DNA of 64,000 bases from Lachnospiraceae bacterium (lineage in GTDB: Bacteria; Bacillota; Clostridia; Peptostreptococcales; Anaerovoracaceae). The notes below the pieces were generated by a model. That model was not told the DNA's origin and did no database searches. It worked only from the letters and a program-made list of their open reading frames with translations. The translations under genes were made by a program, and so were the position numbers. Below are positions 58,117 through 64,000 of the stretch, one piece after another. The first letter of the stretch is position 1. Each line of letters opens with the position of its first letter. The DNA lies in the NCBI GenBank assembly GCA_963602445.1, contig CAVCIY010000026.1, positions 1,972-65,971 of the forward strand, read 5' to 3'.

Positions 58117-58344
58117 TTATTCTACTTCTATCATTTCGGCATCAGCCTTTCTGAGTGAAAGCTCATATCCGCGGACAGTAATTTCAATAGGATCTCCCAG
58201 CGGAGCTACCTTGCGGACAGCAATTTCCGTGCCTTTTGTGATGCCCATGTCCATGATTCTACGCTTGATAGCGCCTTCACCGCTGATTTTCTTCACCTTC
58301 GCCTTGTCACCGATTTTAACATCCTTCAAAGTCTTCATTTTCAT
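58117..58344 (-). CDS. feoA: FeoA family protein
   Basis: A 75 aa SH3-like FeoA pattern (G....V..I.G......R.MDMGI.KG). Confidence 0.85.
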   Translation of the reverse strand: MKMKTLKDVKIGDKAKVKKISGEGAIKRRIMDMGITKGTEIAVRKVAPLGDPIEITVRGYELSLRKADAEMIEVE

Positions 58345-58477
58345 ACATCCTTTCGTTAAGCGTCATATCATTCTTCACCAAGCTTAAAACCATCATATAC
58401 CAAAGTTTGAACCTTAAGGCACCATTCGTCAAGCTTCTCTGAATTTTTCATAGTATCAAAACATCTTTTGTAAAATT

Positions 58478-58690
58478 CTATACCATGATTTTTCTCGCAA
58501 GCTCTTCACTTATGGCAACTCTTGACTCTTTCACATTTACTATAACGTTGCCGGATAGAGAAGTAATGACCGTAACTGTTCCACCGACATTAAAGCCCAA
58601 ATTTTCAAGGTGTTTTTTCACTTCGGGGCTTCCGCCGATTTTTTTCACGATATTTTCCTCTCCGACGTTAGCAAGTGCTAATGGAAACAT
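58478..58690 (-). CDS. feoA: FeoA family protein (second copy)
   Basis: 70 aa, with LENLGF..G pattern. Confidence 0.8.
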   Translation of the reverse strand: MFPLALANVGEENIVKKIGGSPEVKKHLENLGFNVGGTVTVITSLSGNVIVNVKESRVAISEELARKIMV

Positions 58691-58752
58691 CTACTCACTC
58701 CTTTTCAGATATTTCATTCAAGGGTACTTCCTGTATTTTAAACAGGATTGGT

Positions 58753-58806
58753 AGTTACCCCCGGTTAACTGTAATTCATTATAGTTAACCACGGGTAACT
58801 TGTCAA
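58753..58806 (-). promoter_or_regulatory. feo operon promoter with two overlapping palindromic operator candidates
   Basis: On the minus strand: TTGACA (58806-58801), a 17-nt spacer, then TATAAT (58783-58778). The palindromes AGTTACCCGTGGTTAACT (58800-58783) and AGTTAACCGGGGGTAACT (58770-58753) occupy the spacer and the +1 region. Confidence 0.7.
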
Positions 58807-58937
58807 CACCAATATCAGAATTTTCTTTAAAGTTTAGGATTTTTTTACTAGTTTACATTATGCAACTGTTTTTTTCGTTTCGAGATATGCATCTTAAACA
58901 TGTAGTTGTTTTTTTTTCAGAGTTTACATTATGCAAC

Positions 58938-58966
58938 TTGTTTTTACAAATAAAGTAATATATAAT
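58938..58966 (+). promoter_or_regulatory. Promoter candidate for the DtxR-family regulator gene
   Basis: TTGTTT (58938-58943), a 17-nt spacer, then TATAAT (58961-58966). Confidence 0.4.
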
Positions 58967-58991
58967 GTAGTATAAATGGAGGTATTGCGCT

Positions 58992-59360
58992 ATGGCATTA
59001 CAGGAATCAGGAGAAATGTATCTCGAGACGATACTCATGCTCTCACAGAAAAACAATCTCGTCCGCTCTGTTGATGTTGCGGAATACATGGGATATTCAA
59101 AGCCGGCTGTCAGCCGCGGACTTGCAAAGCTGAAGCAGGAAAGATATATATTGATAGATCAGGACGGTTATATCGCACTTACGGAGAGCGGACGTGTTGT
59201 CGCAGAAAAGATGTACGAGCGCCATGTTCTTTTGTCAAGCTTTCTCATGCAGCTTGGTGTCGATGAAGAAACTGCTTCACAAGACGCATGCCGCATAGAG
59301 CATGTCGTGAGCGACAAAAGCTTCGAGGCTATGAAAAAATATATTGAAAAATATCTGTAG
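58992..59360 (+). CDS. DtxR/MntR family metal-dependent transcriptional regulator (short form)
   Basis: The sequence is SGEMYLETILML......VRSVDVAEYMGYSKPAVSRGL.KL. It is divergent from the feo operon. Confidence 0.85.
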   Translation: MALQESGEMYLETILMLSQKNNLVRSVDVAEYMGYSKPAVSRGLAKLKQERYILIDQDGYIALTESGRVVAEKMYERHVLLSSFLMQLGVDEETASQDACRIEHVVSDKSFEAMKKYIEKYL

Positions 59361-59376
59361 TCGTAAAATAGTAAAA

Positions 59377-59441
59377 AACCCGCAATCTTAACTCAGATTC
59401 CAAAGGCTCGTCCTTTGGAATCCAAAAGAAGATTGCGGGTT
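59377..59441. terminator. Bidirectional terminator between the regulator gene and the histidine kinase gene
   Basis: Outer stem aacccgcaatctt pairs with aagattgcgggtt. Inner stem attccaaagg pairs with cctttggaat. An A-run precedes the structure and T residues follow it. Confidence 0.7.
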
Positions 59442-59446
59442 TAAAT

Positions 59447-60796
59447 TTAGTATTGGCACTTAGGAAAAACAACTGTAAAAGTTGTTCCTTCCTTTTCCTT
59501 GCTGCTGACCGTGATGTCTGCATGGTGTATAAGAGCCGCATGCTTGACTATAGAAAGCCCCAGACCTGTACCGCCTATTTCTCTCGAATGGCTCTTATCC
59601 ACTCGGTAGAAACGTTCAAAGATGCGTGATTTATGTTCTTCGGGGATTCCTATGCCGGTGTCGCGAACAGAAAGAACAGCGCTGTCATCACTGCTGCTGA
59701 CAAATACCTTGACAGCTCCGCCCGGCCTGTTGTACTTTATGGCATTGTCGCACAGGTTATATACAATGCTGTACAGAAGCTGCGGGATTCCCTGCAGCAC
59801 AGCCGGTTCTCCGCTGAACTCTATCGATATTCCCATATCATCTGCTTCAGCCTCAACGCTGTCGATGGCATTCTTGGCTACAAGTGAAAGGTCAACCTCT
59901 TCCCATTGCATTTCGCCTGAATCGTCGTCAAGCTTTGTGAGATCAAGGATATCACTGACCAGCTTTGTCATTCGCTGCGCTTCATTTCGAATTTTACCGG
60001 CAAAAGGTCTGATGTCCTCCGGCTTTACCATGCCGTTTTCAAGAAGCTCCGCATATCCCGAAATCGCATGAAGAGGTGTCTTCAGCTCATGTGAGGCATT
60101 TGCCGTAAATTCTTGATGAATCTGAGATGTTCTCTCCAGCTGTTCCTGATTTCTCTTTATCTCGGTCTGCTGCATATTCATCCTTCTAAGGAGAGGTTCT
60201 ATTTCTTTTAATTCTTTTTTGCCCGCAAAATCGAGAGGTCTTTCCGGATCTATCTTGTTTATCGGTTCGACGATTCTCTTTGAGAGTCTCGATGCCAAGA
60301 TAAGTGATGCTATAAGCGCAAGCAATGCCACAAATGCGATCGGCTGCCCAAATGCAAGAAGGAGTGTCCAGAGCGTTATTTGCTTGCTCGACAGCCTCAG
60401 TATGCTGCCGTCAGAAAGAAGCTTCGCCTCATAAAATTGTCTTTCCGAAAGTGTCGTGGAATATCTGCTCGCGTCACCCCAGCCATACTTCACGGCTTCC
60501 TTTACTTCTTCGCGCTGCATATGATTTTCCATATTTTCCGAATCCGCTTCATTGTCATAAATGACCGTCCCGTCCGAGTCGATCCACGTGATTCTGTAGT
60601 CAACATCCTTAAGCGACTTAAAATATTCTGTTCCGCCAAGCATCGCACCCTGAGCCGCAAGCTCAGTCTCTATTTTCAGCTGGTCCTTTTGCACGCCTGA
60701 AAAATATGTATAACTTACACCCATCACAAAAACCAGTGACGCGACAAAAACAATGAGTGCAACGCTCCAAATAGCATTAAATATCTTATTGCTCAT
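59447..60796 (-). CDS. Sensor histidine kinase (PhoR-like)
   Basis: It has two TM segments, an H-box FTANASHELKTPL and the HATPase motifs DNAIKY, DTGIGI and GGTGLGLSIV. Confidence 0.85.
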   Translation of the reverse strand: MSNKIFNAIWSVALIVFVASLVFVMGVSYTYFSGVQKDQLKIETELAAQGAMLGGTEYFKSLKDVDYRITWIDSDGTVIYDNEADSENMENHMQREEVKEAVKYGWGDASRYSTTLSERQFYEAKLLSDGSILRLSSKQITLWTLLLAFGQPIAFVALLALIASLILASRLSKRIVEPINKIDPERPLDFAGKKELKEIEPLLRRMNMQQTEIKRNQEQLERTSQIHQEFTANASHELKTPLHAISGYAELLENGMVKPEDIRPFAGKIRNEAQRMTKLVSDILDLTKLDDDSGEMQWEEVDLSLVAKNAIDSVEAEADDMGISIEFSGEPAVLQGIPQLLYSIVYNLCDNAIKYNRPGGAVKVFVSSSDDSAVLSVRDTGIGIPEEHKSRIFERFYRVDKSHSREIGGTGLGLSIVKHAALIHHADITVSSKEKEGTTFTVVFPKCQY

Positions 60797-60875
60797 TTTT
60801 GCTCCTCCATTTCAATAAGACTGCCAAAACACCATTTAATAACCGCTATCTAAAACTCTGTTTTGTAATTGGCAA

Positions 60876-61544
60876 CTAAGGCTCCATTTTGTAACCGACA
60901 CCGCGAACTGTCTGTATCAGTTTTCCGGATACTCCCAGCTTTGTTCTCAGCGTACCGACATGAACGTCGACTGTACGGCTTTCCCCGATAAAGTCCGAAC
61001 TCCATACTGACGAAAGAAGGTTATCTCTCGAAAATACCTTCCCCGGATTTTCCATAAACAACTTAAGAAGATCATACTCTTTCAGAGTCAATGCTATATT
61101 TTGCCCGTCTGCTTCCACAGTATGACGTGCTTCGTCAAGCACGATTTTTCCGCACGTTAAAACAGGAAATTTTTCCTTCGGACGGGCACGTCTCAAGACA
61201 GCTTTGATCCTAGATACCATTTCCATCATTCCAAACGGCTTGCAAAGATAATCGTCTGCTCCAAGATCAAGCCCGATTACCTTGTCATATTCCGTTTCCT
61301 TTGCTGTTGCCATTATTACCGGAATGTCTGCCGTATCACTCGACGAACGCAATTTTTTCAAAATACTGATGCCATCCTCCCCGGGGAGCATGATATCAAG
61401 AAGTATAAGCTCAGGAAGCTGTGAATTCACAGCTTCCCAAAAAGGTTCGCTGTCAGAAAAGCCCTTTGCCTCAAATCCGGCCATATTAAGTGTATAAAGC
61501 ATCAATTCGCGGATGCTGTCTTCGTCTTCAACATAATAAATCAT
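60876..61544 (-). CDS. OmpR/PhoB family response regulator
   Basis: The receiver domain (LLDIMLPGEDG) is followed by a winged-helix domain (VDVHVGTLRTKL..RGVGY). Confidence 0.9.
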   Translation of the reverse strand: MIYYVEDEDSIRELMLYTLNMAGFEAKGFSDSEPFWEAVNSQLPELILLDIMLPGEDGISILKKLRSSSDTADIPVIMATAKETEYDKVIGLDLGADDYLCKPFGMMEMVSRIKAVLRRARPKEKFPVLTCGKIVLDEARHTVEADGQNIALTLKEYDLLKLFMENPGKVFSRDNLLSSVWSSDFIGESRTVDVHVGTLRTKLGVSGKLIQTVRGVGYKMEP

Positions 61545-61744
61545 ATTTTTCTCCTTTTTCAGGACATTATATTTGGTTTATATCTTCCATTGCGATCTGA
61601 CTCTTAAAAATAACAACTGTCATGTTACACCGAAAATAATGAAACATCTCTACTTACATTACAACTATAAGACATAAATTTCAAATTGTTTATCTATAAT
61701 ATGTAAAATTCGAGTAAAAATTTTTCAAAGCATGCTTGAGCTAT

Positions 61745-61857
61745 AATCGCTCAATGCACAGCGTACGGATCGCAAAGCATTCGCGCTGCACGATATCCTC
61801 ATTGTACATCACACGCATCGCACGGTATCCGCATCGCAAAGCACCCGCATTGCACAA
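61745..61857. repeat. Degenerate tandem repeats (about 30-bp units, gcac/gcat-rich)
   Basis: Related units cgcatcgcaaagca(t/c)(t/c)cgc..tgcac recur three to four times. Confidence 0.55.
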
Positions 61858-61890
61858 CACCCGCAAATCCTCGACAGGGATTTGCGGGTG
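61858..61890 (-). terminator. Hairpin downstream of the Na/Pi cotransporter gene (no clear U-tract)
   Basis: cacccgcaaatcc pairs with ggatttgcgggtg. Confidence 0.35.
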
Positions 61891-61925
61891 CGATATCCGA
61901 CTAAAAATATTAATTCTTGCAAATA

Positions 61926-63653
61926 TTAGTTTTGATAATTTAAAACCATTTTCTCATGTTCTCCACTGTTGTCTTCAGCTTCACTTATGGCTTTTTTCGT
62001 ATCTGAATCTTCATTGCCGCTTATCACGCAATCCGCAATATTCAAACAATGATCCGCTATTCTCTTGAGATTCGTCAGTATATCCGACAATACAAAGCCC
62101 GTCTCAATGCTCGATTCACCATTCCGCAGTCTTTGTATGTGATGATATCTCAAGTCTTCCTTCATGCCATCTATGGCATATTTAAGAGGTTTAACACCCA
62201 GAGCCGCATGAACGTCATTATTATCAAAAGCATCAGTTGTAACTTTGAGTATTTCCGATACAGCCTGGCACATCTTGGTCAGTTCCACTTCAGTGGAATG
62301 AGCAAATGTCGTATCCTTTCGCTTTATCTCTTCGGCAGAATCAACGATACTGGAGCTGTGATCGGCAATTCTCTCAAAATCTCCTATAAGTTTCAAATAT
62401 TGAGTAACAGTCACGCTGTCCTTATCGCTGATTTCACAGGCACTTAGCTTCACAAGATATTTTCCCATTATATCTTCATAATGGTCTGTCTTTTCTTCAC
62501 AGAACCGAACCTGCTCAGCTAACTCTCCCGAGTAGGACCTAAGGCACATCAAACTTTTGTCGAGTGATTCTTTTGTATAAGCTGCCATATCATGCATAAC
62601 ACTTTCACAGCGCTTAAGTGCGATACTCGGAGTCACAAGAAGTCTCTCGTCAAGCTCTATAGCCTTTGATTCTCTCTTATCGTCCGGTACGAGGACGCAA
62701 ACAAGCTTTTCAAGGAATCCGCCAAGCGGCAGCATCAATATCGTACATAGAATATTAAATGCCGAATGACAAATTGCGATTCCCACAAGCGATGCCGAAT
62801 CCGTGAGTATCATCGGCGAAAATACCGCCTTTACGATACAAAAGACTGTCAGCCAAACTACTGTTCCAAGTACATTAAAACTAAGATGCACCATAGCTGC
62901 GCGTTTTGCATTTTTGTTTGTGCCTACTGATGAAAGAAGAGCTGTCACACATGTTCCGATATTTTGACCCATTATAATAGGAATTGCCGCACCGTAAGAA
63001 ACCTGACCCGTAGATGCGAGTGCCTGTAAAATGCCGACTGATGCAGATGATGATTGAATAATTCCTGTAAGAATCGCTCCCGCAAGAACTCCGAGAATAG
63101 GATTTGTGAATGTTATGAAAAGCTGTCTGAATTCAGGCACCTCGCTGAGTCCGGCAACTGAGTTCGACATTGTTTCCATTCCAAACATCAGAGTTGCAAA
63201 TCCCAAAAGAATAACGCCCGAATCTTTTTTCTTGTCATTCTTGCAAAACATATAAAGGATGATGCCGATAAGAGCCAAAATCGGCGTAAATGAAGTAGGT
63301 TTCAGAAGCCTGACAAATACATTTTCACTGTCTATACCCGCAAGGCTCAAAATCCATGCTGTTACCGTAGTTCCGATATTGGCACCCATGATTACATTTA
63401 TGGATTGTGATAAGCTCATCAGACCTGAGTTTACAAATCCCACAACCATAACAGTCGTAGCCGATGAACTCTGAATAATAGACGTAATCCCAAGCCCTGT
63501 AAGAAGTCCGGCCCATTTGCTTCCTGTCAGCTTTCCGAGCAGTGTACGCAAGCCGCTTCCAACTCTGCGCTCTAAAGCTTGCCCCATAAGATTCATACCA
63601 AACAGAAACAAGCTTAGTCCGCCTATCAAATTAAGTACGCTAAAAATGTCCAT
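61926..63653 (-). CDS. Na/Pi cotransporter family protein with a C-terminal PhoU-like domain
   Basis: The duplicated motifs SSSATTVMVVGF and QSSSASVGIL are typical of the NptA/YjbB family. The C-terminus has helical PhoU-like repeats. Confidence 0.85.
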   Translation of the reverse strand: MDIFSVLNLIGGLSLFLFGMNLMGQALERRVGSGLRTLLGKLTGSKWAGLLTGLGITSIIQSSSATTVMVVGFVNSGLMSLSQSINVIMGANIGTTVTAWILSLAGIDSENVFVRLLKPTSFTPILALIGIILYMFCKNDKKKDSGVILLGFATLMFGMETMSNSVAGLSEVPEFRQLFITFTNPILGVLAGAILTGIIQSSSASVGILQALASTGQVSYGAAIPIIMGQNIGTCVTALLSSVGTNKNAKRAAMVHLSFNVLGTVVWLTVFCIVKAVFSPMILTDSASLVGIAICHSAFNILCTILMLPLGGFLEKLVCVLVPDDKRESKAIELDERLLVTPSIALKRCESVMHDMAAYTKESLDKSLMCLRSYSGELAEQVRFCEEKTDHYEDIMGKYLVKLSACEISDKDSVTVTQYLKLIGDFERIADHSSSIVDSAEEIKRKDTTFAHSTEVELTKMCQAVSEILKVTTDAFDNNDVHAALGVKPLKYAIDGMKEDLRYHHIQRLRNGESSIETGFVLSDILTNLKRIADHCLNIADCVISGNEDSDTKKAISEAEDNSGEHEKMVLNYQN

Positions 63654-64000
63654 GCTTCAATTCATCCTTTCTCTTCATCTCATTCTTAAATTTATACTCT
63701 TACTACAGTACCTTAGATATCGTGATATTGCACTTGACAATATATCATCGCAATATTTTGCATTGTAAAAACTTCGGCATCATTTGTGTACTTATACGAA
63801 ATGGTATTTTTTTGATCTCACATTCTTAAAGTGTGGTAACAACCACGTTTTTACCACACCTACATATAAGAATATCTTTTAGATATTAAATCAAATACCT
63901 GCTGATTGTAAAATTTAAGTAAAATTTATTTTACACAATATAAAATTTTGAAACATGAAGAGTTTTGGATGCTTTAAAATATTTTTACATTTTACAGTAA

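Noticed and set aside
2709-61857. Whether the many direct-repeat clusters are CRISPR arrays
   Set aside because: The repeat units are contiguous with no unique spacers between them. Each cluster has only 2-4 copies, and the units differ in sequence and length at every locus. No cas genes are present in the window.

Overview
This window reads as chromosomal core from an anaerobic Firmicute. Gene content points to Clostridia, possibly Lachnospiraceae: a T-box-controlled alaS, IreB, an SLH-anchored surface enzyme, rubrerythrin and feoA-feoA-feoB. I support about 50 CDS, almost all on the minus strand. They include trmL (partial), lysA, a GntR regulator with aconitase, an rRNA/tRNA-modification cluster, mutS-mutL-miaA, alaS-ireB-ruvX-map, a TAXI-TRAP transporter, an amino-acid ABC transporter, a nucleobase permease, an ArsB/NhaD transporter, an MBOAT/SGNH O-acylation pair, bioY, a feo operon with a divergent DtxR-family regulator, and a Pho-like two-component system next to a Na/Pi cotransporter. 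I found no rRNA, tRNA, CRISPR array, cas gene, transposase or prophage block, and no canonical multi-gene defense island. Four things deserve a second look. (1) A single ORF fuses an EF-G/TetM-like translational GTPase to a YacP/Rae1-type NYN ribonuclease domain. (2) Locus-specific tandem minisatellites (units of 14-84 bp) are unusually dense. They fill many intergenic spacers, duplicate three gene 3' ends across the stop codon, and sit in frame inside conserved proteins including MutS, MutL, an MBOAT, a PPTase, a helicase and TVP38. (3) A lone PLD-nuclease/SF2-helicase/DUF3427-like giant protein is present. (4) A GIY-YIG nuclease is fused to an AlkD-like DNA alkylation repair domain. All family assignments come from motif recognition by eye and need HMM or BLAST confirmation.
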